From: Myxococcota bacterium
Lineage (GTDB): Bacteria; Myxococcota_A; SURF-8; G963663525
Reading direction: 5' to 3'
DNA: 64,000 bases
Assembly (NCBI GenBank): GCA_963676915.2
Contig: CAXXVK010000052.1
Location: 64,001-128,000, forward strand
Shown: positions 1 through 10,376 of the stretch, piece by piece
Layout of the letters: each line of letters begins with the position of its first letter
Numbering within the stretch: position 1 is the stretch's first letter
Program-made: the position numbers and the translations under genes
Notes under the pieces: generated by a model
Database searches by the model: none
Told to the model about the DNA's origin: nothing
The model's input: the letters and a program-made list of their open reading frames with translations, nothing else

Positions 1-979
1 GTCGGATGCGATCCACCGTGATTTCCTTACGTGTAGCCAGGAGTTTATCTTCGTTGGGCGTTTCGATACCGAAGTAGATTTTACGACATCCTGCGTTGGC
101 CATCCATTGCAGCAGCCGGGCATCCACCGAATCGACACGCGCCCGACAGGACCACTCGAACTCCAACCCCCGACTTAAAATTCCTTCGCAAATCTTCTTT
201 GCCCGCTTGCGTTCGAAAGGAAAATCCGCGTCGAAAATATCGATTTCACGCACGCCGTAACGGGTGACGCACTCTTCCATCTCATCCAGCACGTTTTCGG
301 CGCTACGACTCCGGTAGCGTATCGGCGCAATCGCGCAGAATGTACAACGGTGGGCACAACCTACGGTGGTGGTCATGATGGTGAAATTGCGCAATTGGGA
401 GGTAATCGAATAATACCGGTCGTTTTCAAGCAGATGCCGCGCCGGAAAGGGAAAGCTATTGAAATCTATAGGGGTTGTGTCAGGTGGCGTGTAGTAGAAA
501 CCGTTGTCGTCGGAGTACATCAGGCCAGGGATGTCACGGGGTGTCTCGCCGCGTTCCAGCGCTCCCAGAAGCGCGGGTAAACTATGTTGCGCGTGACCCG
601 CTATACCGTAATCGATCACGCCATGGACCATGGATTCCTCGGGATACAAACCCATGTTGATGCCCCCCGCCAGGATCGGAACATCCAACGCGGCTTTGAT
701 CGCAACCGCCCAGTCGAGGGTATCGTGAAACATGTAGGTCGTAAAATAAAACCCCACGACGTCCGGCCCGAAATCCCTCAAACGTTGGATGGTCTGCTCT
801 ACCGTAAGATCCAAAGCGTTGGCGTCGATCAGACAAACCCGGTGCCCGGCTTCTTCCGCGAAAGCAGCGGCATACGCTAGGTTGATGGGTGGAAAACGAC
901 CGAAATCCTCATCGACCACCGCGAGGTTCTCGGCGAAAATTTTATGTGCATAGGGAGCAAAAACAAAAGCTACGTTCAT
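1..979 (-). CDS. B12-binding (class B) radical SAM protein, 3' end runs off window
   Basis: Not in the ORF track; translated by hand from ATG at 979: MNVAFVFAPYAHK..GRFPPINLAYAAA..PDVVG (cobalamin-binding N-terminus), GCAHRCTFC (CxxxCxxC), WSCRARVDSVD, AGCRKIYFGIE. Confidence 0.85.
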   Translation of the reverse strand, partial: MNVAFVFAPYAHKIFAENLAVVDEDFGRFPPINLAYAAAFAEEAGHRVCLIDANALDLTVEQTIQRLRDFGPDVVGFYFTTYMFHDTLDWAVAIKAALDVPILAGGINMGLYPEESMVHGVIDYGIAGHAQHSLPALLGALERGETPRDIPGLMYSDDNGFYYTPPDTTPIDFNSFPFPARHLLENDRYYSITSQLRNFTIMTTTVGCAHRCTFCAIAPIRYRSRSAENVLDEMEECVTRYGVREIDIFDADFPFERKRAKKICEGILSRGLEFEWSCRARVDSVDARLLQWMANAGCRKIYFGIETPNEDKLLATRKEITVDRIR

Positions 980-1109
980 CGTGTCCGTTGATTCCGTTCG
1001 ATCCGACGCTCATATACAAAAGGGCAACCATTCCCATAGATTATAGATACGTTACGCGAATCGAATCCGAAAAGCAATGACGACAGTTGGGTGCAGGAAA
1101 TGAAAAAAA

Positions 1110-2165
1110 TCAGGCCAGCAAGAGGTGTTTTTCACCCAACGGCATGACCTCGCCAATTCGCGATGTATGAGCATATCCGGCCTGAATCAATTCATTTTTC
1201 AGTCTGTCGGCTTTGTCCTCGTCAACAGAAAGCAGCAAACCACCCGACGTCTGCGGATCGGCCATCATCATCTTCAAATTGGGATCGAGCGAAGGTAGAT
1301 TCAGCGTCGTATCTTCGGTAAATCGCAGGTTCCGAATCACGGCACCGGGAACGCAGCCCTGGCGAATCAGTTCCGGGACTTGTCCAAATGTAGGAACGCG
1401 GGCGGATTCGATACGCAACGTCACTTTCGACGCCTGCGCCAACCGCATGGAATGTCCTAGCAGCCCGAAGCCAGTTACGTCGGTCACACCACCTATTCCC
1501 GTCTCTTGCATTGGCTCCACAGCATAGCGATTGAGCTGCTTCATGGTTTCCTTGACAGGAACGTACTCTTCCTCGGAAACCATACCGACTTCTTTTCCCG
1601 CCTTCATCACTGCACCGCCCAAAGGTTTCGTCAGCAGCAAAACCTGTCCAGGACGCGCCCCGGCGTTGGTCAACAAACGGTCGGGGTGGACAGTTCCCAG
1701 TACCGCCAACCCATACTTGGGCGGATGATCATCGATGGTGTGGCCCCCAACCACTAAAGCACCGGCTTCCCGTACTTTATCCTCTCCACCTCGCAGAATT
1801 TCCGCAAGAACCCATTCAGGAAGCTTTGTTACGGAAAACATCATCAGGTTGAGCGCCATCAGCGCTTCTCCACCCATGGCGTAAATATCCGAAAGGGCGT
1901 TGGCGGCAGCAACCTGGCCGAATTCGTACGGATCATCCACAACGGGTGTAAAAAAGTCGGTTGTGAAAATCAGGGCAAGGTCATCTCGAATCCTGTAGGC
2001 TCCGGCGTCATCATGGGTTTCGAAACCGGTTATCAAGTCGGGATGAGAAAACCCCGGCATTCCCCGAAGCAACTCTTCCAGCTTTTTCGGATCGAGTTTG
2101 GCGGAACATCCCCCATATTCCACACTTTGGGTCAATTTGATCTCTTTTTTCGCGTTCGCTTCCAT
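1110..2165 (-). CDS. selD: selenide, water dikinase (selenophosphate synthetase), Cys-type
   Basis: GGCSAK active site, DDAG, TTDFFTPVVDDPYEFGQVAAANALSDIYAMGG, GGHT, TDVTGFGLLGH, DPQTSGGLL. Confidence 0.97.
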   Translation of the reverse strand: MEANAKKEIKLTQSVEYGGCSAKLDPKKLEELLRGMPGFSHPDLITGFETHDDAGAYRIRDDLALIFTTDFFTPVVDDPYEFGQVAAANALSDIYAMGGEALMALNLMMFSVTKLPEWVLAEILRGGEDKVREAGALVVGGHTIDDHPPKYGLAVLGTVHPDRLLTNAGARPGQVLLLTKPLGGAVMKAGKEVGMVSEEEYVPVKETMKQLNRYAVEPMQETGIGGVTDVTGFGLLGHSMRLAQASKVTLRIESARVPTFGQVPELIRQGCVPGAVIRNLRFTEDTTLNLPSLDPNLKMMMADPQTSGGLLLSVDEDKADRLKNELIQAGYAHTSRIGEVMPLGEKHLLLA

Positions 2166-2192
2166 AGTTTCACTTCTTTAGAGATATGTTCG

Positions 2193-2227
2193 AAAAAACG
2201 CCCCGTTCACGAAAGGTGAACGGGGCG
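2193..2227 (-). terminator. intrinsic terminator of the large Cys-rich lipoprotein gene
   Basis: Perfect 12-bp stem CGCCCCGTTCAC/GTGAACGGGGCG with 5-nt loop, followed by T6 on the minus strand, 37 nt after the stop at 2265. Confidence 0.85.
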
Positions 2228-2264
2228 GAAAAGACGTCATCGTCAGGCCGATAAAATCAGAACA

Positions 2265-5200
2265 TCATTCCGCCACGGGAACGCAACGATAGCGAACACG
2301 CCAGACGGTATAATCATCATCCATCGTTTCTATCGTCATTTCACCATGCTTGTTGACCACCAACTTTGGATAATCGGGGTAGGACTCATCCGTTGGCATC
2401 GGTTCGGCAAGTTCCGGTATTTCGTAAATGCTCGTCCCAAGATTGTTGACGTAGCTGTCCGTATACCAAAGGCTGTTGGATGCATAATTGAAATATGTCC
2501 AGACATTCGGATCACTAATGGACTGCGCAATGAAGTGCGGTGCAAGGTTTTTATCCAAGGCACCAATAACACGATAACCCAACACACGGTTGCCATCGGT
2601 ATTGACGTTTGCAATGCGGAGCGGAGCACTTTCAGTGATCCATTCCCAAACGCCGTCTCGTCTTTGCCAGTGATGCAAAACCCAGCTATTCTTGTTTGCT
2701 TGAGTGACACCGACTCCCAATGCCAGGAGGTTCAGATAACCTTCACCTTCGGTGTTCCAATGGAACAGTTGTCGAATGTCCAGGTTGAGATCCTCGCTAC
2801 TGACCCACACATTTGAAGAGACCCAACCTACATCTGTTTTTTCATAGTATTCCAACGAATACGTCGCTCCAGTTGCTTTCTTTCGAGCAACGAACACGGA
2901 GAATTCATCTTCCCACATATTCACTGTAGTCACGGCTTCCGTCAAAGACGTTCCCGCCTCGCTGACCTGCGTGTTGTCAATTTCAGCTATGGTTCCGTAG
3001 CCCATATTGACAATCAACCCCGATCCGTACGTATAAGCCAGTCGAGTATCTTCACCAGACTCATCAAGCACCAAATTACCCGGCAGGTAATTCTGACTGG
3101 ATGCCCATCCACTTGGGTGAATCGCGCTTGCATCGTCTTTGGTCCAGGGAGTGTCTGCTTCTGCAACGTTTAGCAGGAACAGTTCGTGATCGACGGTATC
3201 TTCCCACAGGAAATAAGCTGTCGAATCCTCGCCCACAATAAAATCGGTCGTTTCCAGGAAATCCTCATCCACATCATCTCTAACGATTTGGGCACCACCT
3301 TGAGGAGGCCAGACATCGGAATCCGAATAATACAGATCCTCATATCCACTGTCGAGATCCGGTTCGGCGATAATCCGATGCAGGTTCCCATCGGCGTCGT
3401 AAGCCATTTTGACAGTCTGTTGGAGCATCGTCACGATTTCCGGGTACGAGGTCCAGTTGTCGGCACTGGTTTCCACATGATGATTGAGAACCTGATAATT
3501 GTCGGTCAAGCTGACAATGTGCGGACCTCTAAATGAAAGAGGCGGATTGGTCTGAGGTTGTAACGCGATGGAAACCCGAGAGGCGGTTTTTTCCCACGTC
3601 TTGTCGAAGGTTTCATCGACATACGTCACCCCGCAAGGATTATTGCCAGCTTGAATTTCGAAATACCCGTAAAGATCCTGATTGGCGACCACGATTCCGA
3701 AATTGTTGTCTTCAATGTGTGCGACACGGTAATCACCGTCCAAATGCGTCTGAGCCAGAGGCAAAGGTTCATATCCACCACAAACGGAATCGCCGTCCAC
3801 GACAAATTCCAGCACGGCATTGATCTTGTCACCGAGCTTTTGGGAGAGGAAAATCGCAGAACCATTGTTCGCCCCTTGAACCAGCTGTATTTTCTGATAG
3901 GGGCTTGTTCCCTCAATCCTTTCGTTGAGATTGATTCGACCTTGAGAATCATGAGTGAACGAAGAAAGATTCTGAGGATCGATGGCATAAACGACACGAT
4001 AACTCTCCGGAGCATAACCCGGTGTCAGTTCAACAAAAGCCACCACAAATTGTTGATCCGAATTCACGGCAATGGACAGCGGCCACGACGCCTTGCCCCA
4101 GTCATCGGCATATTTGAACAATTTATCGGATTGGCTTCCACCTGTCCAACTGCCTGTAATGGTCTTGGTCATGTAGACCACCCCAAACGTCGGATCTTCG
4201 AAAACGAGCCAAAGTTTATCGCTACGAGAATCGATCGTCACCTCGTAGTTGTAGAAATCCTCTGCTCCAATGGTCTGAAGAAGCTGAGGCTCGTCCGCAC
4301 CCCAGTATCCTCCTCGATCTGTGGTGTAATACAGTCCTTTTTCCTCGCGGTCGTAATAAAAGACATGGAAGTTGTTATTGGAGTCGATAACGATTTTCGG
4401 ATCCGAGGAAATACGCGGAATTCTTGGAGAATCTCCATCATTGTACATGATGACTTCTTCACTGGTCCAGATGTTGCTCAGGTTTTTGCTTCGATGCATC
4501 AAAGCCTTGCTCGCACCATCCACATAGAAAATGTGGGGATTCCCCGAATTGTCCGTCAGAACTTCCAGTCCCGTCCGACCTTTCATTCCACCGTACAGCA
4601 ATTCCCTGGTCCACCCGCAATACATACAGGTTTCGTAGAAACACTGACCGGCATCCCGTTCACGTGTATAGTCGCCAGGTTTATTGAATCCTTCCGGCAA
4701 TTCGCAGGAAAAACCGAATTCAGGGGCAGGTTGATGCTCGCACACCCCTTCTCTAGTGCATTTTTCACGCCCATTGCATGGTTCGTCGTCTACATCGCAA
4801 TATGCTTCAAGTCGAGCAATGTCGGCATAAAACGTGCACACACCGTTGAGACACTTTTCATCTCCGTTGCACCAGTTTCCATCGTCGCAACTCGTACCGT
4901 CATCGAGGATCTGCCCCGAAACACAGTAACCACTCAGACAGGTTCCCACGTTGGTGCAGGGGTTTCCGTCGTCACAGACCGAAGAATCGGCAACGGGTTC
5001 ACCACTGTAACAGACTCCAGCCATGCATACACCATCACCCGTGCAATCGTTTCCGTCGTCACATGCCCCGCCATCACTGAATTCGACTGGTCTGTCTTCG
5101 GTCTCAGTCTTGTTGCAAATACCCGAGGTACAATAATCATTGATCGTACAGGCATTCCCATCGTCACAAGGTGTATCGTCGGCAGCCGGGTTTTCCAATA

Positions 5201-6086
5201 TGCATGCACCATTTCCATCACAATACCCACCCGTGGAGCATCCATCGTTTCGGTCGCAACGAGTACCCGAAGGAGCCTTTTCTCCCGCTTTGCAAACTTC
5301 CCCCTGACAGGTTTCTATACCATTGCAGATATTACCGTCCGAACAAGGAGTACCATCATCCAACTTCGTGCTAATCTGTTCACATTCTCCCGCTTTGCAA
5401 ACTCCGGTTCCGTTGCAAACATCCCCATCATCGCATAGCGTTCCATCCGGCCAGATATCTCCTTCCGGTGGTAGGGAATTCGGGTCTACGATACAGAATC
5501 CATCCGAGCAATGCTTGGAACCATTGCAGATATTTCCATCCTCTTCGCATTCCTTGCCATCTTCTTCATCATTACCAGAGCAAACCCCGATATCATTACA
5601 AGCATCACCGGTTGTACAATCATTGCCATCATCGCAAGAAGAACCTTTTTCTTTATTTGTTCCTACGCAAACCATTTCGTTGCCAGCAATTATCGTACAG
5701 ACATCGTCTATCGTACATTCGTTGCCATCATCACACGTCGCTCCCGTTGCCGGCGCTCCCGCAAGACAGTACCCGTTTTCACAGGTTTCTTTACCGTTGC
5801 AAGCAAAGCCGTCGTCGCAGGTGGCATCTCCTTCTTCACCATCTACGCATTCATCTCCCGTTGGAGTATCGTCTTTGCATTGCCCCAAGGTGCATCCGGC
5901 ATCGCACTTTTCGGTCGTCGCCCAACGCCCGGTAGATACGCATGTCACGACAAACGAGCCGGAACATTTGCGGGCACCCACCTCACAAGGTTCCGAAACA
6001 TCGAATTCGGGAATTTTCTTCTCCAGGTCGGAACAAGCTGTTCCAAAGAGAACCAGAAAAAGCAACAATGACAGATACTTGTTCAT
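2265..6086 (-). CDS. large lipoprotein: Cys-rich CDDGNxC repeat stalk plus acidic beta-rich (probably propeller) C-terminal region
   Basis: MNKYLSLLLFLVLFGTAC lipobox; RBS AAAGAGGTG; many CDDGNxC(T/N)..C..G.C repeats; D..G.PHI.Y.D-type motifs in the C-terminal ~780 aa. Confidence 0.85.
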   Translation of the reverse strand: MNKYLSLLLFLVLFGTACSDLEKKIPEFDVSEPCEVGARKCSGSFVVTCVSTGRWATTEKCDAGCTLGQCKDDTPTGDECVDGEEGDATCDDGFACNGKETCENGYCLAGAPATGATCDDGNECTIDDVCTIIAGNEMVCVGTNKEKGSSCDDGNDCTTGDACNDIGVCSGNDEEDGKECEEDGNICNGSKHCSDGFCIVDPNSLPPEGDIWPDGTLCDDGDVCNGTGVCKAGECEQISTKLDDGTPCSDGNICNGIETCQGEVCKAGEKAPSGTRCDRNDGCSTGGYCDGNGACILENPAADDTPCDDGNACTINDYCTSGICNKTETEDRPVEFSDGGACDDGNDCTGDGVCMAGVCYSGEPVADSSVCDDGNPCTNVGTCLSGYCVSGQILDDGTSCDDGNWCNGDEKCLNGVCTFYADIARLEAYCDVDDEPCNGREKCTREGVCEHQPAPEFGFSCELPEGFNKPGDYTRERDAGQCFYETCMYCGWTRELLYGGMKGRTGLEVLTDNSGNPHIFYVDGASKALMHRSKNLSNIWTSEEVIMYNDGDSPRIPRISSDPKIVIDSNNNFHVFYYDREEKGLYYTTDRGGYWGADEPQLLQTIGAEDFYNYEVTIDSRSDKLWLVFEDPTFGVVYMTKTITGSWTGGSQSDKLFKYADDWGKASWPLSIAVNSDQQFVVAFVELTPGYAPESYRVVYAIDPQNLSSFTHDSQGRINLNERIEGTSPYQKIQLVQGANNGSAIFLSQKLGDKINAVLEFVVDGDSVCGGYEPLPLAQTHLDGDYRVAHIEDNNFGIVVANQDLYGYFEIQAGNNPCGVTYVDETFDKTWEKTASRVSIALQPQTNPPLSFRGPHIVSLTDNYQVLNHHVETSADNWTSYPEIVTMLQQTVKMAYDADGNLHRIIAEPDLDSGYEDLYYSDSDVWPPQGGAQIVRDDVDEDFLETTDFIVGEDSTAYFLWEDTVDHELFLLNVAEADTPWTKDDASAIHPSGWASSQNYLPGNLVLDESGEDTRLAYTYGSGLIVNMGYGTIAEIDNTQVSEAGTSLTEAVTTVNMWEDEFSVFVARKKATGATYSLEYYEKTDVGWVSSNVWVSSEDLNLDIRQLFHWNTEGEGYLNLLALGVGVTQANKNSWVLHHWQRRDGVWEWITESAPLRIANVNTDGNRVLGYRVIGALDKNLAPHFIAQSISDPNVWTYFNYASNSLWYTDSYVNNLGTSIYEIPELAEPMPTDESYPDYPKLVVNKHGEMTIETMDDDYTVWRVRYRCVPVAE
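4617..5987 (-). repeat. protein-level tandem Cys-rich repeats (~30-35 aa, CDDGNxC..xDxC..GxC), about 11 copies
   Basis: Visible in translation; resembles Dictyostelium/myxobacterial Cys-rich repeats. Confidence 0.8.
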
Positions 6087-6174
6087 GTTCACCTCTTTGA
6101 GATGGAATCCCGCAACTACTCGACTGCCCAATTAAAACGCCATTCGGCAGGAGCTTTTTTCATTAACGACCGAG

Positions 6175-6203
6175 ATCATACCATGAGTGTCGGTTGGATG
6201 CAA
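6175..6203 (-). promoter_or_regulatory. sigma70-type promoter of the large lipoprotein gene
   Basis: TTGCAT-17 bp-TATGAT with extended -10 TG. Confidence 0.55.
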
Positions 6204-6277
6204 AGTTCCACAGGGGTCTTTTCGTGGGGAATTTTACTGAAAATTACCGAAAACTTCCCATAATGAACAACGATGGA

Positions 6278-7450
6278 TCATTCATTAAAAGACTCCTGGG
6301 GCAACCAGGGGAAAATCCGCTTTCGTACGGCTCGAATCTGCGAGCGCTTGTACTCGGCGTGACTCGCCCTGCCTCGACGGCTTTCGATGTAGCTGGCTTT
6401 ATCGAGAATCTGAACTTCGAAAGGAAAGAAAAAGCGGTATTCGATCACGTCTTTATTCGTTTTTCGAGCCAGCATTCGGTTGATGGGAGCCGAACGCACA
6501 CGTACCAGTTGACGAACGGTAAACTGTATGGAGTGATAGCTAGTGCTCGAATAGAGATTGCGCTCTTTCAGAATCTCTTCGGGCATGTTCGAATCGCAGG
6601 TTTCATCGTTTCCGATTCGATCCAATTCCCGCATCAGTTCGGTTTCGTCGATCTCCCCGGCACCGAATTTCTCGAACCACGGATCTCCGAGTTCCCGGAA
6701 ACGGGCGACATCAAGCAAAGTGTTCCGTGAGCGGGTAGATTTCACGTTGGCAAAGGCAATCGCGAATTTTTCGTGAAAGAAATTGAGCGCCATCAAGGCT
6801 TCGGCCTTGGTAAAGGTCACGAAACGGAATCCTAACCGGTCGAAGATATCCGCCCCGATGTGCTCCCGTTTGTGCAAGAGCTTCAAAGCAGTGCTTTCGT
6901 GACTTTTCTGGCTTTTGATATCCAAAATATAAAGCCGGATTCCGGTCTCGTCCTCACCGAGATACAAATCACCGGTGGGATCGGTATAAACCCAGCGCAA
7001 AATCACGTTGAGAATCTGATTCTGAATATGCGGGAAAAAGTGCAGGTCGAGGTCGTTGGTGACGTGCGTCATCGTGTGCATAACACGCAGCACCGAGCAG
7101 GACCAGCGTTGCAATTCGCCATCTTCCGTGGAAGCCCAAACCAGCAGTTGCGCAGGATCTTCGGCTTCCCGAACGGCAGGAGGCATCTCCAGGCTTTCCT
7201 CGGGTTTATCGGGGTTTCTCAGCAGGTTTCGTTCGATAAAACCCACCGCCTGGTTTTTGAGATTGAGGATTTCATCGAGATCCGATTGACGCGCGGGATC
7301 GTAGCCGTAAGCTTTTAAAAAATTGCGGGCTTTTTCCTCGGTATCGGTTCGAAGGCGTGGCAAATCGATGGCCGTACGCTCACCGAGCAGAACGTCCAGA
7401 ATATCCCAATCGAAAAAAGATTGGCTCCGGTTCTCCGCGTCACCGTTCAT
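6278..7450 (-). CDS. TIGR04552-like protein with RelA/SpoT synthetase-type nucleotidyltransferase motifs
   Basis: KSHESTALKLLHK..IFDRLGFRFVT, YSSTSYHSIQFT, FFFPFEVQILD, ASHAEYK; ~390 aa; ATG 7450 chosen over the upstream TTG. Confidence 0.75.
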   Translation of the reverse strand: MNGDAENRSQSFFDWDILDVLLGERTAIDLPRLRTDTEEKARNFLKAYGYDPARQSDLDEILNLKNQAVGFIERNLLRNPDKPEESLEMPPAVREAEDPAQLLVWASTEDGELQRWSCSVLRVMHTMTHVTNDLDLHFFPHIQNQILNVILRWVYTDPTGDLYLGEDETGIRLYILDIKSQKSHESTALKLLHKREHIGADIFDRLGFRFVTFTKAEALMALNFFHEKFAIAFANVKSTRSRNTLLDVARFRELGDPWFEKFGAGEIDETELMRELDRIGNDETCDSNMPEEILKERNLYSSTSYHSIQFTVRQLVRVRSAPINRMLARKTNKDVIEYRFFFPFEVQILDKASYIESRRGRASHAEYKRSQIRAVRKRIFPWLPQESFNE

Positions 7451-7597
7451 GACTTCTTCCGTTACCGTTTGTGGATCATGCCTCACCGTACAAAGCAATG
7501 CGGGTATGCCTCGAAACGGGATAATTTGCAAGGTCTTTTCGTAAAATCTTTCGTATAATCACCATGTTTCGATGATTTTCGGACATTTCGAGCAAAA

Positions 7598-10372
7598 TCA
7601 CTCGAAGTTGATGTCCCATGCGTGGATCCAGTCGAAGGGGAAACGAATTCCCAGTTCATCATAGGCGATAAACAGACGCTTGTTCTTTTTCGGCGTGAGC
7701 GGATAGAGCACTTCGTCACCTTCAACCGTCAACTTCAGATGATAGTCCGAAGGATCGATCGAAACCTTACCTTCCACCCAATACACGTCACCGGGTTTCG
7801 CGTTTTGCGACACCTTCCCGCCCCCGAGATCCTGCTTGAATTCACCTGAGCGGTGTTTTTTGCGCTTTTTCGCCTTGCCGGTCAAACGATACATCAGAGG
7901 TCGTCCCGCCAAATCGATGTCATCGACCAGCAAAGACAACCTAAACCCACCAGGAACCGGAGAAGCCATACAACCCCATAACTCCTGATTTTGTCCCAGC
8001 TTTTTCACACGCAACCCCAACTCGGGGAAGTTTTTCTTAAGTTGTTTGTAAAGCTCTGCCTTTTCAACGCCTTGTTCCCGCCACAAAGCGAGTTGAGCTT
8101 TCGCCTCGTCCAAGCGCTCATTTTCTTCGCTGGAAAGCCGATGACAGCTCAATGGATATTGAGGATTGGTCTCTTTCAGATCCAACGGAGTCAGTCGGTC
8201 TTTGATGCGCAGCCCGAAGGAAAGATCCCATTCACCACGATGAAACGCCAATACCGTACGAACGATGTAAAGTCTCCCGGGAACCCACTCAAATGCCGGA
8301 ATCCTGGGAAGAATCCGCATTGTCGTGTCTCCCAACTCTTTACGAAGATCGTGATCTTCCTGCCTGGGCAATCCGTACAAGAACACCCAATAACCAGTAG
8401 AAATCGGGCGTTCGGCAGACATCACCAGCGTCAGTTCCTTCCGTCCGTCCGCCAGATCGTCCACACGGAATCCGTGCCATTGGATCGGGCCGACACGACT
8501 TTCCTTGCGTGGAGAGGTCAGCAAAGAGGTGACATCGTTCAGATCCACATTTTTCCCCAGAGATAACGCGACGTTATACCGCGCAACTGCTGCCGGCAGA
8601 TCTTTGCGTGCCGGGTCGATACGTTCCTGCCAATATTTTACGCTGTCTTCCTTCCCCCATTTGAGCGAACAATCCAGCGACTCGTCGGGATCATCCACCA
8701 GTTCGTAGGGACCGTGCACCATCGAGGTAAAATAGCGGGCGAAATCGGAGCTCGGATGCACCACCTTACGTTTGACCGTCGAGTGATCCCAATCGCCGCG
8801 AAGATCGAAAATATAGAATCTGCGATAGGAAATAAAAGAGTATTTCTTGCACAGATAAGCCAGCATGTTTTCGTTCATATGATGGGAATGCACGAGGTAA
8901 CGGCCATATTTTCCCGTGCGAACCATCGACTTGAACTGCTCCTGCTTGATCGGCTTGAACCGGCGGTCGATGTAATAGTTGAATTCCATCCGCAATCCAC
9001 CCGCCGTGACCAGCACGTATTCGTCCGGCTCACTGTTTTGCTGCACCAGCAATCCGGCGAGATCGTAATCCAACTCGTAATCGAACTTCGTACCCGACTG
9101 CATGGACTCGATCGACTTGGAATACTCATAAATAGGATGGGCGCGCTTGACGAAAAACTTCGGTCCACCGTAAACCACGGCGGAAAGACCGAAAACCACC
9201 AGAACTCCTATCGAAACCGGGCGACTGAAACGAGCGACGAGTTTTCCCAATCGAACCAGTCCTACACCCGAAGCAAACGCGAAAAACGGCGCCATATACC
9301 AAGCGGTGTATTCGTGAATGTAGGCGGCGGACTTCAGAGGAATCGCGTAACATAGTCCGGTTCCAAGGAACGAAAGGATGTAGCCGTCTGTCCGATCGAC
9401 TCGACGTTTCCATAACCGTGCAAGGAGATCCACAAGGTAATAGGATGACAATAAGTAAGCCATCGGCGTGAAAAACGCGTAATAGTAGTTCCAACGCTCC
9501 ATCAGTTTCTTGTAGGGAACCAATCCTCCGCCACCCATTTTGTGGCGTCCCATAAAGAGGTTGATGAAGCTGTTCCAACTATCCTGCATTCCCTTCAAAT
9601 GCCAGATCACAAGCCCCAGGGTCACGAACACCGCCAACACGAACACCAGGTGAAATCCCCAGCGTTTCCGGTCGTGAGACAGGCGTGCGATTCCCGTAAA
9701 CAACCAGAAAAAGAAGAGAAACGGGAACATCGGATAGTCGGAGAAACACCCGGTAAACATGAACAGAAAAATCATCGCCGCATACACGGGACGAGGACTT
9801 CTCAGGTATCGTTCGTAAAAGAAAATCATTCCCGCCATGGAGGCGAAAATCCCCATCTCGTAATTCACGAAATTCAGGTATGTCGAATAAATGGGGATAA
9901 ACGTCAGATACAACAAGGAAAAGAAGATCTTGTCGTATCCCCAGAGATTGCGGAACCCGAAAAACAAAAACAGCAGCGCCGCCCAGGAAAACACCGCCAT
10001 GGTGAAACGCGCCCGGCTGGGAGCTTCACCGAAGACCTTGAAAACCACGGACAGAGCCAAGTTTGTCATCGGCGGATGATGCCAGTAGTAATTGAATCGA
10101 TCCGCTTTGCCGTCTTTACCGTAGTGTTCACCAAGGTTGTCCATCGTTCCAAGTTTGGAATCGATGTAACCATAGCGGAGGTAATTCTGTGCGTTATGCG
10201 ACCGCCTCGCCCCAGCCCAGCCATGATGATGAAACAAGAAGTCCTGAGCCGTATTGGCAAGACTGAAAAGCATGTAAATCGCGAACAGAGCCGCGATCAG
10301 CGAAAGCCAAAGCCAGCGGTACGAAGTCCGCGTCTCTTCCGGCATCGTGGGATTTATATCGTTGTAATCCAT
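7598..10372 (-). CDS. ArnT/PMT-like GT-C (glycosyltransferase family 39/83) membrane protein with large C-terminal extracytoplasmic extension
   Basis: About 11-12 TM helices, YWHHPP motif followed by FGE...AR; soluble beta-rich C-terminal ~500 aa; abuts the upstream flippase gene. Confidence 0.75.
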   Translation of the reverse strand: MDYNDINPTMPEETRTSYRWLWLSLIAALFAIYMLFSLANTAQDFLFHHHGWAGARRSHNAQNYLRYGYIDSKLGTMDNLGEHYGKDGKADRFNYYWHHPPMTNLALSVVFKVFGEAPSRARFTMAVFSWAALLFLFFGFRNLWGYDKIFFSLLYLTFIPIYSTYLNFVNYEMGIFASMAGMIFFYERYLRSPRPVYAAMIFLFMFTGCFSDYPMFPFLFFFWLFTGIARLSHDRKRWGFHLVFVLAVFVTLGLVIWHLKGMQDSWNSFINLFMGRHKMGGGGLVPYKKLMERWNYYYAFFTPMAYLLSSYYLVDLLARLWKRRVDRTDGYILSFLGTGLCYAIPLKSAAYIHEYTAWYMAPFFAFASGVGLVRLGKLVARFSRPVSIGVLVVFGLSAVVYGGPKFFVKRAHPIYEYSKSIESMQSGTKFDYELDYDLAGLLVQQNSEPDEYVLVTAGGLRMEFNYYIDRRFKPIKQEQFKSMVRTGKYGRYLVHSHHMNENMLAYLCKKYSFISYRRFYIFDLRGDWDHSTVKRKVVHPSSDFARYFTSMVHGPYELVDDPDESLDCSLKWGKEDSVKYWQERIDPARKDLPAAVARYNVALSLGKNVDLNDVTSLLTSPRKESRVGPIQWHGFRVDDLADGRKELTLVMSAERPISTGYWVFLYGLPRQEDHDLRKELGDTTMRILPRIPAFEWVPGRLYIVRTVLAFHRGEWDLSFGLRIKDRLTPLDLKETNPQYPLSCHRLSSEENERLDEAKAQLALWREQGVEKAELYKQLKKNFPELGLRVKKLGQNQELWGCMASPVPGGFRLSLLVDDIDLAGRPLMYRLTGKAKKRKKHRSGEFKQDLGGGKVSQNAKPGDVYWVEGKVSIDPSDYHLKLTVEGDEVLYPLTPKKNKRLFIAYDELGIRFPFDWIHAWDINFE

Positions 10373-10376
10373 GAGT

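Noticed and set aside
2090-2125. Possible selenocysteine in SelD or UGA readthrough in the Cys-rich genes
   Set aside because: Active-site codon is TGT (Cys); no in-frame TGA interrupting any recognisable gene
3651-5438. Long plus-strand ORFs (595 aa here; also 17171-18151, 29357-30445, 50040-51512, 53131-54430)
   Set aside because: Antisense shadows of well-supported minus-strand genes; no motifs or RBS
7480-7515. GGCATACCCGCATTGC as a second sigma54 promoter
   Set aside because: GG-GC spacing is 12 nt rather than the required 10
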